A DNA stretch of 64,000 nt, taken from Camelus dromedarius. Lineage: Eukaryota. A program made the translations under genes and the position numbers. Below the pieces are notes generated by a model, which saw only the letters and a program-made list of their open reading frames with translations, was not told where the DNA came from and searched no databases. Location of the stretch: positions 65,474,001 to 65,538,000 of the forward strand of contig NC_087436.1 of the NCBI RefSeq assembly GCF_036321535.1. Reading direction: 5' to 3'. Each line of letters begins with the position of its first letter. Within the stretch, counting starts at the first letter, position 1. This document shows positions 51,231 to 64,000 of this stretch, one piece after another.

Positions 51231-54200
51231 TAGTGATCCATGTACTTTGCAGCTTTCATAGATTCTAATAATTTATCTCATGAATTTTTTTTTGTATTTT
51301 CTATGTCAAAAATATATATTTTGGATTACCAACATTTTCTTTTTCCTTCATCTCCAATTTTAATATTTTCTTCCATTTCTTTTTTTTAAACTCACCTAGA
51401 TAGTACTATAGGTCACTGATGGAATTGATTTGATGATAGCAAGCAGAATTGTACTGCTTCTAATTTTAAAGAAAAGAATCAAATGTTAGACTAAGTTGTA
51501 TAGTGTTTGATAAATTTTTGATAAATACTGTTTTTGAGTTTAAAAAGTTTGCTTTTTATTTCTAGTTTATATTTATTCTTCAAAGATTGTTGAATATATT
51601 GTTTATTTTCTACCTAAATAAAAATTAAATATTTCTCTTAAATCCACAATGTGCTAAGTCAATACTGTACAATAATAGATCATGCACATTCTGTAGATAA
51701 ACCCTACTTAATTAGCATGTATTATCTTTCTATTCATTAATGATACCTACTTTTCACTCATGTTTCACTTTCACGTATCTGATGAAGTGTCATTAATATA
51801 TTGTGAGCTCAAAAATAACTGAATTTGGTCAATCTGTGATGAACTGTTGACTTTTTTCCTCTTTTTTAATATTTATAACTCATATTTATTGACATATTTA
51901 GAATGCACCAGGGCTTATGGCTGTCTCCTAGGCACTGGGTTATTAATTTAGTGTATTTGGCATAAATTCTGTTACCCACATTTTAAATATAAGGAAATTA
52001 CAGGCTAACATATTCATGTAATGTTGCCAAGATCACACCAACATTACATGGTGGTAGTGAGATTTTGTCCCATGACAGATTTTGATTCACAGCACAACAC
52101 TGCTTCTCATCAGTTTGAAATTATAATTGCAAATTCATACATTTAAAAATGTTCCTTCTGTAGTCCTTTAAAATTACTTGTTATCAACAATTTGTGATGG
52201 ATTGCTAAAAACTTACATTTTTTAAGGGCTGTTATTTTAACAACTGTGTATATACTTATGACAATAAAAGAGATTTGAGTATTTTTATTTGGCAATAATT
52301 ATAGAGACATTTGACACTTTGCTCACAATACTGAAATATAATTGCAATGACAAGATGTTCTAAACAAAACAGGGGAGACAATAAGTTTCTTAAAAAACTA
52401 TGAAAAACTTTAGATTCATAGATAAGTAAACAATATTAGTTATAGCAAATTTCAGACTTCAATTCTAATTGCAAATTTTCCTTTGTATTTTTTGAAATGT
52501 TTAGAAAAAGTTTGTTACAGAAAATGATGGATTTCAAAGTTTGTAAGTGGCATTTAAGGACTTCTCAAAGGACTTTATCATCATCGTAGAAAATCTTTGA
52601 TTTAGACTTTGGAATAGCAACTGGAATAACAGCTATACCTCTCTAATGTAACAGAATGCCATGGCATTTGCATTATGTGGCAGACAATCACTGAATTCCT
52701 TTATTTTGTGGATGTTTATTATGCCTTATTGCTTTATCATTATTTATCAACTGATGAAGATATACTCTGTAAATGTATTTATACCACTTATTTTTGATGT
52801 AACCCCTGTGCAATTATTCATGCTTTTAAGGAATTCAAAATTGTACTTGACTTTACATTATTTGATATATAAAAATTAGGTTTATTTACGATGAGGTATA
52901 TTAAGTGTATTTATGCCTGATTATGTTCATTACTCTAAATGTATATAAATAATTTAGAAACTGATATATTAATATATGCAAAAATATGAAATAAATATTT
53001 CAAAAATTAAGAGGTACATATTTTAATGCATCATTTGTTTCTTTTTGGTGCTTGTATCTTTTTCATTGTTCTTTTAAAAAATTCCAATTTATCATACTTA
53101 TTTTCAAAAATGTTTTGCAATCGTAACATTCATTACTTCACCAACTCACATTGAAGACTAATATTTATTTAATAATATTAGAAACATTTTCTTATCTATC
53201 AATATGGTATACAATTATTGATATATATCAATATCACTATTGACAATTCTTGAGTAAACAGGTACTATTAGTGTTGAGATGAGATGAGTCTGTGTCAGAT
53301 CTTAAGAACAATGTAAACATTTAAGAGGAAAAATAATCAAGTAACAAAAACACAAAATTATGAGAAATTATTAAAAATCTCATCAAAGTCAGATTAAGTT
53401 TTGCTTAAGAAAGTTGAAAATATTTTGATGTGAAATAGGAAATAATTATTCCAATGCTGAACAGAGTGGTCTTCTATATTAAGATCTGTATACAATTAAT
53501 TTTAAGCCAAAATCCCCAAACCTATGTGTTTTAATTTTAATAGTGAGATTATGCCATTGTGCCCAACAAGAGAAAATAAATAACAGATTTTGACTGAAAG
53601 AGAAATTCAACATTAAGCAAAAACTGACTATGCTAAATTAATACTCTTCCAAGATCACAGTCAATATTCTATATAGACGTTTATATGTGGACAGGTGGAT
53701 TGATAGATTGCTATACAGACTGGCAGATGCATCTGATAAATGGCAGGAAATATTGTAGTGACATCAATTACCAAAAGAAAGCCTTGCATTTTGTTATTAT
53801 CAGTTAAGTTAAATAGATTTTATCACTACTTCTTCCATATTCTTTCTTCATTGCAATAAAACATACACCTTGTCAAAAAGCTTCTATTCATTCATTTCCT
53901 TGACAGCCATGAAGCAATAAATGTTTGGTTAAATAAAAGAACAACTCCATGTCATGTAATTCAGTTATTCCATGATCGATATCGATGTTTGGTCTTTAAA
54001 ATGTAAACTTATCACAGTTGATATATTTAAAGACTTCGGGGTTTGGGCCACATATAAATGCTACAAGGTGGTAATAACAAGAAGAATGCATAATGAAAAA
54101 GAAAGATACATTTCAAATTAAAGTAAAATTCAATGAATTGGGTTTGATGTTCAAATTATGGTTTTTCTGGGAGCATAAGCTTAGTCCCTTTGTCTTAGGA

Positions 54201-55309
54201 TAATTTGGACTGTTAGGTTAAATCATTATATTGAACACTTTCAAGGAAAGTTTTAAAAAGGAAAACTTGAAAGACACTGTTTATAAAGTTAATAAATCTA
54301 AATAAGAGGCTTGTAATTTTTTAAGGAAAATTGGTTTTGCTTTTAAGTTAACTAATTATGACAAATAATTTCAACTTAAAATAAGTTTAAGTTTATTCAT
54401 CAGTAATGATACGCAATTTGCAAAGAGAATTTTATTTAATGATTCAACATTATTGGTTTTGAATATCTAATATTATTTTTAAAATACTGATTTATTTTGG
54501 GGGATGTTTTGAAGAGAGCTATTCAATTGCCCTTTCATCCAGAATTTCATCAGAGATTCTCCACTTTGGTTAGTTTCAATTTAAGAACAGTAGTATTTAG
54601 AAACGTTTCTTTTCCAAATTAGTTTTTACCTAGAATATTCTTTTTTTAGCAACCAGATTGGCAATTAGTGTAAATTAACCTCACTTATTTCTAATGACTA
54701 TCAAATTGACAAGATCTAAGTGCTCATTTTATTCCTCTAGAATTCTTCTTTTCTTTGTTGGTATCCTGCTGTTATTCTCAACATCAAAGTTCTATCTTTG
54801 AAATGTTCTCACTAAATTCTAGTAATTATACCAGACAAATCCCTTCTGTATTCACACCACTGAATGTATTTTCCTGGGAATAAACTGATAAATGTGAATA
54901 TTTAGTTTTGTTCCATGAAATTTAAGGCTTGAGGATCACAGTCCTTCTTAATCAGGAAACATAAGTAATTTTGTTGACAGCAAAAGAAATGCAAACTATA
55001 AAAACACAATATTTCTTAAGCCTGTTGATAATGCCAAATATTAGATGGAATTGGGGTGGGGATTAATATATATAGCTGTATTATGTATGGAATGAGAAGA
55101 ATTCTGAAGAATGTTCTGTTTCACTACATATTAAGGAAGACAACCCTGTTTTAGAGGATCTCTTTGTTTCTAAGAGAATAATTTTGTTTCTGCTTGCTGG
55201 TGATTTGGAGGGACATTCCAAGTAGTTACTTGATATTTGGTAAAATCTGGTGAATATTTGGAATTACATGAATTTGTTTTTTAATCCAATGTTTCCTGAC
55301 ATTTTCATT

Positions 55310-55690
55310 TGTTTCCCAGGGCTACTGTCACAAAGCACCACACACTAGGTACCTTAGAAATCCATTTTCTTAGCGTTTGGCTAGAAGTCTGAAATCAACG
55401 TGTTGGCCGGGCCTTTCTCCCTCAGAAACCTGTAACTGGAATCCTTCTTTGCTGCTTCCCAGCTTTTGGAAGCCTCAGACTTTTCTTGGTTTGTGGTAGC
55501 ATAACCCCAATCTTTACACGCCACTATGGTGATGTCTCCTCACCTAATACACTCTCTGGGTATCTGAGTCTGTGTCCAAAAATTTCCTGTTTATAAGCAT
55601 GTCAGTCATATTGGACTAGAGTCCATCTAATGAACCTCATCTAAAACTGCGTATGCAAAGACCTTATTTCCAAATAAGGTCAGATTCTTA
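55310..55690 (-). mobile_element. MLT1C-like LTR
   Basis: ctagaagtctgaaatcaacgtgttggc...gcaaagaccttatttccaaataaggtc. Confidence 0.8.
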
Positions 55691-55989
55691 CATGTGGCCT
55701 ACCACAGTCTGTCCTGTCTTATTCCACATCAGAACTTCTAAAATGCTGCTTCCAACACTCCCTGATTTCATATTCTCAGGACTTCTTACCTCAAACTGGT
55801 GAAAAATGATTAGATTTCTCAAATTATATTTTTGATCCAAGATATGTCATAATTTACGGGGCAACTAACTTATCGATTCCCTGCAACTTGGGGAAAGTAT
55901 CATCACTGGTTGATTCAGCAGGTGCTGGCCTAGATAAGAGTTACAGAACATTAATACACATAGAAGGTAGTATAGGCATGTCTACTTAG

Positions 55990-56500
55990 AATGTCAAAGA
56001 TGCAACCACTCATACATTGCTAGGGAAACTGTAAATTGCCACAGCTTTCTGGATTTATCAACATCTTTTAAAATTACAAACATATATACCCTCTGATTCT
56101 GCATTTTAACTTCTAGGAGTCTCTTCTGTAAGTATAATCACCCCGTGGGAAGTAATATATACAAGACTGGAGCATGGTTTGTAATATATATTGGAAGAAT
56201 GTAAATTTTTATTAATTAGGACTCATTTAATAACTTATTTTACATCATTTAATGAAATATTCTGCTGAAAATATTTTAAACTTTATTAAATTCTGGTATG
56301 AAATCTTCTCCACTGTGTAATATGAAATAAAAAAGAAACATGTTGCTGATTATTACATATATTACAGAAATACATGTTTTTTGCTTGTATATGTTATCTG
56401 ATATCAAGAATACTGCTAATAATTGTTGCTCTTAGTCATCTTGCCAGGTGACTGGGAGATCGGTAAGTGCTGGGAAAAATTTTGCCAAATTTAATTTTGA
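55990..56500 (+). mobile_element. Old L1ME 3' fragment
   Basis: cactcatacattgctagggaaactgtaaattg..cagctttctgg...acttctaggagt. Confidence 0.6.
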
Positions 56501-56514
56501 AACTTTTGAATTTT

Positions 56515-56763
56515 TTAAATTCAAATATAGAATTATATTGGTTTCAGGTGTGCAATATAATAATCTAACATTTTATGCATCACAATATGATCACTCCCAT
56601 ATCTATTTACTATCTGCCACCATATAAAGTTACGTATTTTTTTCTTGTGATGAGAATTTTTAAGATTTAACTTACCAGCAACTTTCAAATTTGTAATACA
56701 ATATTGACAAATATCCCTATACTGTACATTACATCCCCATGACATTATTTTATGACTGGAAGT
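56515..56763 (-). mobile_element. Short L1 3' end (L1MA9-like)
   Basis: ttcttgtgatgagaatttttaagattta...tgtacattacatcccca; 15-bp TSD AAACTTTTGAATTTT at 56500-56514 and 56765-56779 with a TT/AAAA site on minus. Confidence 0.88.
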
Positions 56764-56869
56764 AAAACTTTTGAATTTTAACCAATCTCAATGTTAACTA
56801 CTTTTTCAAACACTATCTTGAAAATAATAAAACAAGATCACCATAGCATATAAGGAGAATAAATTACAG

Positions 56870-57500
56870 GGAAGTTAAGTTTAGAGACCACTTAGAAGGT
56901 TCTTAAAATCATGAAAAATGATGATGTTTTGGATTAGTATGCAGATTTAAGACACATATTTAAAGTAAGATTGATACTATTTGCTGAAAGACTGGATATG
57001 GGGGAAGAGTGAGAAAACATGAGGGACCAAGTCTAACTCCCAGAGTTTTGACTTGACCAGCAGGATGGTTGATGACACCATTTGTAGAAATGGGGAAATT
57101 TTAGGGAGGTAACTATAGTGGAGGAAGTTGAATCAGAACCACATGAGTGCCTCATAGATTAGAAACTTCATTCAACAATGAATGTCCCATCAGATAACTC
57201 AGCACATGCGTGAGTACCAGAAACACCCTAGGACACTGTGACAAAAACCTGAGCAGAGAAATTGTGCTCCTGTTTTTGTGGTAACTGTGGCACCATGGAG
57301 TGGTGCTAAGGAAAGGTTTCTGGAAAGGACTTTAAGGAAGACCACATAGGCTGAGACATAAGATGAGTAGAAACTGACTAGAGTAAATGGAACCTGTACA
57401 TAAAAAGGTCATAGTGTAGAAGGAAGCAAAGAAAACAATTTTGGCTGAAGTGAAGAGGGTAGGCAGGAGCCCATACATGAAAGCTCTAAATAGCGTGAAA
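56870..57500 (-). mobile_element. L2 fragments
   Basis: tttgctgaaagactggatatgggggaagagtg...gacaccatttgtagaaatgggg. Confidence 0.55.
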
Positions 57501-58881
57501 AGCTATTAAGGCTGGGAAATGCTTTAAAAATGAATCAAGTCTAACAGATACCTGGGGAATACACAGTAAAAAAATCTTTAATGAAATTTTACTTAAACTT
57601 TAAAAATCATTAATTTAGAATAGCTTTGTCACTGTATTTTATTTTTGCACTTAATAGGCTTATTTTCTTTTGATAACCACTTTACAGAAAAATTACCTCA
57701 CAAGTAGGTACAGTTAAGGGTGGTTTTATAGCATAGCAGTACCTTCAGCATATTAATTGTTGAAAATGTAGACCTTTAAATGCTGAGATTAATTTTAAAT
57801 TAAAATGATACATACATGACAGATAAATTTTCTATGTGAAATATCAGGATAGAGTTAGTGTGAAAGTGGCGGTCATAAGGGGGAAAAAGCAATTTAGTTA
57901 AGAAAATAGAAAATGCCTTTAATGACATAAATGATAGAATACAATGTCTAATGTTCATGCTGTGTGCTTTATATAGGTAGTTCCTCTTAATACAAGCAAT
58001 AGAGCACACAAGACATTTTTATTAGAGTTTTTTCTACATTTTGTCACACAGTGGTGATTTGTATCCGTTTGTAATTAAAATGACATTAAGCAGGACTATT
58101 TTCAGTTATACAATATTTCACAGTAAAGATCTCATATAAAAACCTTCACTAAGTCTACAGACTCAATTATATAACAGGTATTACTGTGTCCCAGTGTAAA
58201 AATAATGATACATTGTCCAATTACCTTCAAAAAAAGATTGTAGTTTGGAATTTATTCATATACTACCTTTCATTGTTTCTTAGTTGATTCATTCATGTGT
58301 GATTTGTCTGACCCAACAACTTTGAAAATTTATGGAATAGAAAAATTACAAAGAAATCATACTTTGAATATACATCAGTCATATGTTCAGACAAGGTGTT
58401 TAGAAATTACTTAACAGAAGCAGAATGAAACAGATTTGCATGAGAAATGTATGCATTTGATTCCAGTTTCTCCATGTCTCTCTTCCTCTTTTTCTCTCCC
58501 TTTCCCTCCCTCCCTCTCTCTCTCCTGTCTCTTAATGCAAATAAAAAATTTTAACCATTGCTTGTTCCAATTTCTCAGTGAAATATAAATATATTTATAT
58601 AAATATAAATACTTCTAAGGATATATCATTAAAATGTATTTTTGAGTTCATATCTCCTGATAAAAACCATAATTCAGGCTTACTCACCGCTCAACCTGAT
58701 AATTTCATCAGATTCTTAATTGGTTCCCTATTTCCATAATGCTGCTTTCTAGTCCACTCTTCACCCAGACATCAAAATAGTCTTTAAAATACATGAATCA
58801 CATCATGTCCTACACCTGCATACAAATTTCTCATTGCATTTTTTAAACAAACAAATATGCAAACTAATTCTCTAGCACAAT

Positions 58882-59255
58882 TGTATTAGTTTGCTAGGCC
58901 TGCCATAACAAAATACCACAGGCTAGGTGACTTAAAACAAATTTTTTTTTTGCTCACAGTCCTGGAGGCTAGCCGTCTATGATCAAGGTGCCAGAAGAGT
59001 TGGTTTCCCCTGAGGCCTCTCCTTGATTGCAGATGACTGCCCTCTCATTGTCTCCTTTGTTCCTCTGTGCACAGGTGCTCATGGTGTCTCTTCCTGGTCT
59101 TGTAAGGACACCAGTTATATTGGACTAGAGTCTGACACAATGCTCCCATTTTAATTAACTCACCTCTTTAAAGTCCTTATCTCCAAATATAGTTACATTC
59201 TGAGGTACTGGGGCTTAAGTCTGGATTTTTAGGGTACAAAATTCAGCCCACAACA
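58882..59255 (-). mobile_element. MLT1A-like solo LTR inside L2 (L2 + at ~58660-58880 and ~59256-59720)
   Basis: tgtattagtttgctaggcctgccataacaaaataccacag...ttacattctgaggtactggg...attcagcccacaaca. Confidence 0.85.
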
Positions 59256-59819
59256 CATACCTTACTTGGCTCTGTGTTAGTCGATTCCCACTTACATCTC
59301 CAATCACATTTCATGTCACTCACTCACCTTCACTCTCTTCTAGCCCATAGATTTTCTTTCAGTTCTTGGCACATTTCCTTTCTTTCTTATCTGATGCTTT
59401 TTACATGTGCTGTTCCTTTATTGTTCTTGCCTATCTTAGTTTTCCTAGTTTGTTGGTCTTATTTTACATGTCATTTTATCTCAAAAGTTTATCCTGAATG
59501 CACAATCTCAAAAAAAAAAATGGACTATTCCTGTTTGTTTCTATGCAGCAAGCTGTTTATTTTCTACATAATTCTTGTAAAATGCTGTAACTAATTGTTT
59601 ATTTACTAGTTAACAGTATAATGTCACAAGGATCCTGACTATTTCATTCAACTCTGTATCATCAATAATCAGAACACTGCCTGGTATTCCATAAGCATTC
59701 AGTAGCTGTGAAGAGTGAGGGAGAGGAGAAAGAAGAATAAACAGAGCATGGAGGACTTTAAGGAGGTAAAAATACTCTGTATGATATAATTATGTTCTTT
59801 GTTTCTAGTTTGCTAAGGT

Positions 59820-60240
59820 AGAAACCTACTGTATTATATCTTTCTTCTTTTATAATATACACATTCAATCCTATAAATTTCCCTCTAAGCACTGCTTTCA
59901 CTGCATCTGACAAATTTTAATAAGTCATGTTTTTATTTTCACTTAGTTTAAAATCTTTTTATTTATCTTAGATTTCTTCTTTGACCTATGTGTTATTTAG
60001 AAGTGTGTTATTTCATCTCCATATATTTGGGGATTTTCCAGTTATCTTTGTCTTATTGGTTTCTGGTTTAAAATTATTGTGGTCTGAGAGCAGACATTGT
60101 GTAATTTCTATTTTTGTTTTCAAATGTGTTAAGGTATGCTTACGGGTTAGAATGTGATCTACCTTGGTGAATGTTCTATGTGAGCTTGAGAAAAATGTGT
60201 ACTTGATGGTGTTAAATTCAACTATGTATGAAAGTTGTAC
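59820..60240 (-). mobile_element. L1 ORF2 endonuclease-domain remnant
   Basis: Peptide YTFFSSSHRTFTKVDHIL...LSDHN matches the L1 APE endonuclease motifs. Confidence 0.85.
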
Positions 60241-62451
60241 TTTTGAAAAAAAATACATATATCTAGTTAAGAAAACAATTACTATAGACCTGAATCAAAT
60301 TACATACAAAGAAAAATCACTCCATATTATTTCCTAGTAGAACTAATGCAAACAATGCAAACAAAAGACAAAGAGATTTGTTAAAAACAGGCACTAGAAA
60401 AAGATACTCTATCTTCAAAGTAAAACAGAAAACTGACAGCTGACTTCTATAACATGAACTTGGGTCAACATTCCATTTATCTCCTTTCATTAAGCACCAA
60501 CTCTACCCAGAAACCCATCAAAAGCAGTCCATGTTCCTGGCATTGGTGTTAGTGCATACCTATATCTAGAAGTCTTTGAAATAGCTGGATAATCCATTTT
60601 CCCTTGTGCACTATTACCATGTCAAACAGCAACAAATATCTTACAGAGAATTGAAGGATTATGTATTGAGATTACTTGCAGTGGTTTTTGTTTTTGTTTT
60701 TGGCCCTATTCAATGGGACTCAGCCTCTAGTCACTGGGTGGTATCTATGAAGTGGCTCAGACCTCAAAATTGAGCAGGCTACCAAAATTTTACACTGGGG
60801 TGGCTGAAAATATCTTCCTGTTTTGTCTTATTCTACAAATTGAGCAAAACTTTGGTCATCTCACCAACTTTCTTGGCTTTGGAAAGTGATCTACTATTCA
60901 ATACCAGAGCTCCCTCTAGGTCAAGGCATTCTGAATACTATCCTTCATTGTTTAAGTTATGCCACTTTGTGTAGTTAAAGAGATAACTGGCCTCCACAAT
61001 CTGAGATTCCCATGACCTGCAATAATATCTAGTGTTCCAACTCCTTGACAGCTTCCTCCTTTGTCATCCTGGTCTCCAAAGAACAAGCAGTACCAAGCCT
61101 TTCAAAGCAGCAAGTGCCCTCAGCATGAGGGTATTTCCAATGTCCTCAATCTGTTAATATTCTTCTAGCTTTTTTTTTTTTTTTTGCTTTCCCCATATCT
61201 AATGATATCTTCCTATAGGTGTACAAATATGATTAGGACTTAACACAGATCACTATTTGACTGGGGATTTTTTTAAAAAAAATTCATGTTAGTGATAGAT
61301 TTTCTACTATCAAGAGAGTATGACCAGATATTTAACTCATTATTTTCTATCTGATAACTGGTTCAAGGGTGATATCACTGTTAAAATACTCACATACTGT
61401 TAGAATTGACAGGCCCTATTGTACTGCACTAAGGGATCACAGATCCAAATCACATATAACCTACAAATCTTTTCTATTGAAGATTTTGTGCTCATTTTTT
61501 GTGACTAGACTGTTCAGTTTCATTTAATCTCATTTTGACAGATGTCGTGTGTATAACTTCACCAATACCTATTTCTTACCATCATTGTAGTTTATTGAGA
61601 CCTTTCTCAAAAAGTGCACTTGGAAGTATACTTTTCACCATTAAGATATACTTTGCTCTTGCCTGCTTTATAAAAAAATTGTGTCTGTTGTAAACTGGAT
61701 AATATTGAAGAGTTTGGTGGCTAACTGACCTTTCTGTTGAGACTTTACCCATGCTCTCTGGAAACAGCCTCTACAAAAAAGACTTAAACAGCTAATTTGA
61801 CTTTTTGGAAATCTATTTACACACAAATCAGATAGTAAATTCAGATACATCTTTTCTTTAGTTTATTTATGCAGCTCATGCTGAAAGGTAGTCATCCACT
61901 AAAACAAATTTATATCCTAAAAAGCACAGTTACATGAAGCTAACATAGTTGTGCCACTGAAAAAACACATGAAACAAAAGGTGATTTATACAAACTCATG
62001 TTCAAGTTATTGAAGATATATCTGCTTAGTGTAAAAGAAAATTGTTTTGCTCATTTTTCTATTATCCACTATTTTATGAGCTATGTAATTTATGTCAAAT
62101 AATAAAAAATCCAATACGATTCAATATATTTTCTATATTATTTAAGACTATTCAACTCTCCTATAGAAAATACAAGATACTAGGAATAGAATCAAGAAGC
62201 TGGATTCGTAAAGTAGTTTCTAAACTAGTTTCGCCGAGAAACTAATACTTCATAGGTGGTGTTCACAAAACCATGTCTCTTCATCCTTTTTTTTCTTTTT
62301 TTGTCAAGAACTTATCCTTAATGAAAAAAACCTGGTAAAAATGCACACCTATTGTATTTTCTTAGCATACTGTCTTAGGTCACTGAGAAAAAAATTTAAT
62401 ACTCTGCAGTTCAATTTTAATCCTTGTAATACAGGGATGATCCATCCCTAA

Positions 62452-62615
62452 TATGGGGTGCTGGTAAATGTCTAAAACCTGGCTCTTGGTTGGGGTATCT
62501 CAGTTTGTAATATTTGGCAATTCTGTGACATAAATGACACTACTGAAAGGAGAATTGGAAAGAGCTATACAATAGGCTTTTGCAAGCCAGTGCAAGATGC
62601 CTCCAGCCCATCACT
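62452..62615. mobile_element. MER63-like hAT-Blackjack element
   Basis: ggtgctggtaaatgtctaaaacc ... ctccagcccatcact TIR-like ends. Confidence 0.6.
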
Positions 62616-63039
62616 CCTTCCTCAAAGAGCAGTTGTAAAAGAAATATGTGTAATTTTTCCTAAAGAACATTGCATATGTTGGTATTATATGACAATTTAA
62701 TATAATTCAGACATTCCACAACTCTAAATCACAGACATTTTCAGTACTAACTACTCAATTTTGCTTACTTATTAATTTTACTGCTTGAAAGATTTTCCTC
62801 ATCCTTGCTGTTTTCTCAGGCTTTTAGCTTTCATGAGGTAGTTTATTGGTAGTGGTAGGGATACCAGAAATAAAAAAAGGTGAGTAACCATATGGAAACA
62901 AGGTCAAGAAATTTCTGCTAAGGAAGGATCATAGTATACACTCAAAACAGCATAATAAAAGAAGTAAGAGAGCTTTACTTTTTCTTAATTCTATCAAAGA
63001 GTAAACAAAAACTAGAAAAAAGTATAGAATATGGAATTT

Positions 63040-63237
63040 AATATAATTACTATATATAAAATAGATAAACAAGTTTATGCTCTATAGCACAGAGAGCTAT
63101 ATTCAGTATCTTGTAGTAACCTATAATGAAAAAGAATATGAAAAGGAATATATGTATGTACATGTATAACAAACATTATGCTGTACACCAAAAATTAATA
63201 CAACACTGTAAACTGTCTATATTTTGATTTAAAAAAA
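63040..63237 (+). mobile_element. Very short L1 3' UTR end, camelid-type
   Basis: tatagcacagagagctatattcagtatcttgtagtaacctataatgaaaaagaatatg...A-tail; homologous to 29340-29535. Confidence 0.85.
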
Positions 63238-64000
63238 TGACTTAAAGACTTAAATATTAAACAAGACACTTGAATCTCCTAGAAGAAAACACAGGCAAAA
63301 CATTTTCTGATATAAATCTTAGCAATGTTCTCCTAGGGCCATCTATCCAGGCAATAGAAATAAAAGCAAAAATAAACAAATGGGACCTAATTAAACTTAC
63401 AAGCTTTTGCACAGCAAAGGAAGCCAAAAACAAAACAAAAAAGACAACCTGTAGGATGGGAGAAAATATCTGCAAATGACATGGGCTTAATTTCCAGAAT
63501 ATATAAACAGCTCATACAACTAACTTAATAAGAAAAATCCCAAACAATCCAATTCAAAAATGAGCAGAAAACCTAAACAAGCAATTCTCCAGTGAAGATA
63601 TACAAATGGCCAAAAGGCACATGAAGAAATGCTCAATATTACTAATTGTCAGAGAAATGCAAATCAAAACTACAATGATTTATCACCTCACACCAGTTAG
63701 AATGGCCATTATTCAAAGTCCACAAACAAATGCTGGGGAGACTGTGGAGAAAAGGGAACCATCCTGTGGGAATGTTTGGTGCAGCCATTATGAAAAACAG
63801 TATGGAGATTCCTCAAAAAAACTGAAAATAGACTTACCACATGATTTAGCAATCCTACTCCTGGGCATGTATTGAGAAGGAACTCAAATTCAAACAGGTA
63901 CATGTACCCCAATGTTCACAGAAGCACTATGTACAATAGCCAAGACATGGAAACCTAAATGTCCATTGATAGATGACTAGATAAAGAAGCTATGGTATAT
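63238..64000 (+). mobile_element. L1 ORF2 C-terminal remnant (runs off the window)
   Basis: [39 protein letters not shown]; frameshifted. Confidence 0.92.

Noticed and set aside
56455..56470. Splice donor TCG|GTAAGT
   Set aside because: Inside an old L1 fragment with no convincing partner acceptor
58583..58600. 18-bp AT-only palindrome ATATAAATATATTTATAT
   Set aside because: Low complexity; expected by chance or slippage in AT-rich DNA
1..64000. ORF-track entries as protein-coding genes
   Set aside because: All are short (at most 157 aa), many start at non-ATG codons, and they are chance ORFs in AT-rich DNA or fragments of L1/LTR elements
1..64000. CRISPR array, operon or other prokaryotic/phage system
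   Set aside because: No regularly spaced repeats and no gene-dense coding regions; the sequence is clearly mammalian

Overview
AT-rich, CpG-depleted mammalian genomic DNA, almost certainly camelid (camel/alpaca/llama). The evidence is a tRNA-derived Vic-1-like SINE and L1 3' UTRs of the type I recognise from camelids. A large part of the window is decayed interspersed repeat: L1, L2, MIR, MaLR/ERVL/ERV1 LTRs and Tigger/hAT DNA transposons. There is no intact protein-coding gene, RNA gene, CRISPR array or prokaryote-type system. The ORF track is mostly chance ORFs and L1/ERV debris. The window looks intronic or gene-desert-like. The best non-repeat signals are a minus-strand TATA promoter plus ~370-nt first exon (~12120-12540), a minus-strand 48-nt exon candidate (21849-21896) and plus-strand microexon candidates (28604-28633, 36178-36212). 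I could not identify the host gene. Notable repeat architecture includes a two-LTR MaLR provirus, a nested ERVL cluster, an internally deleted L1 and several insertions with readable target-site duplications (TSDs). Repeat family names are from memory of consensus sequences and need RepeatMasker/Dfam confirmation. Repeat boundaries are approximate unless a TSD is given.
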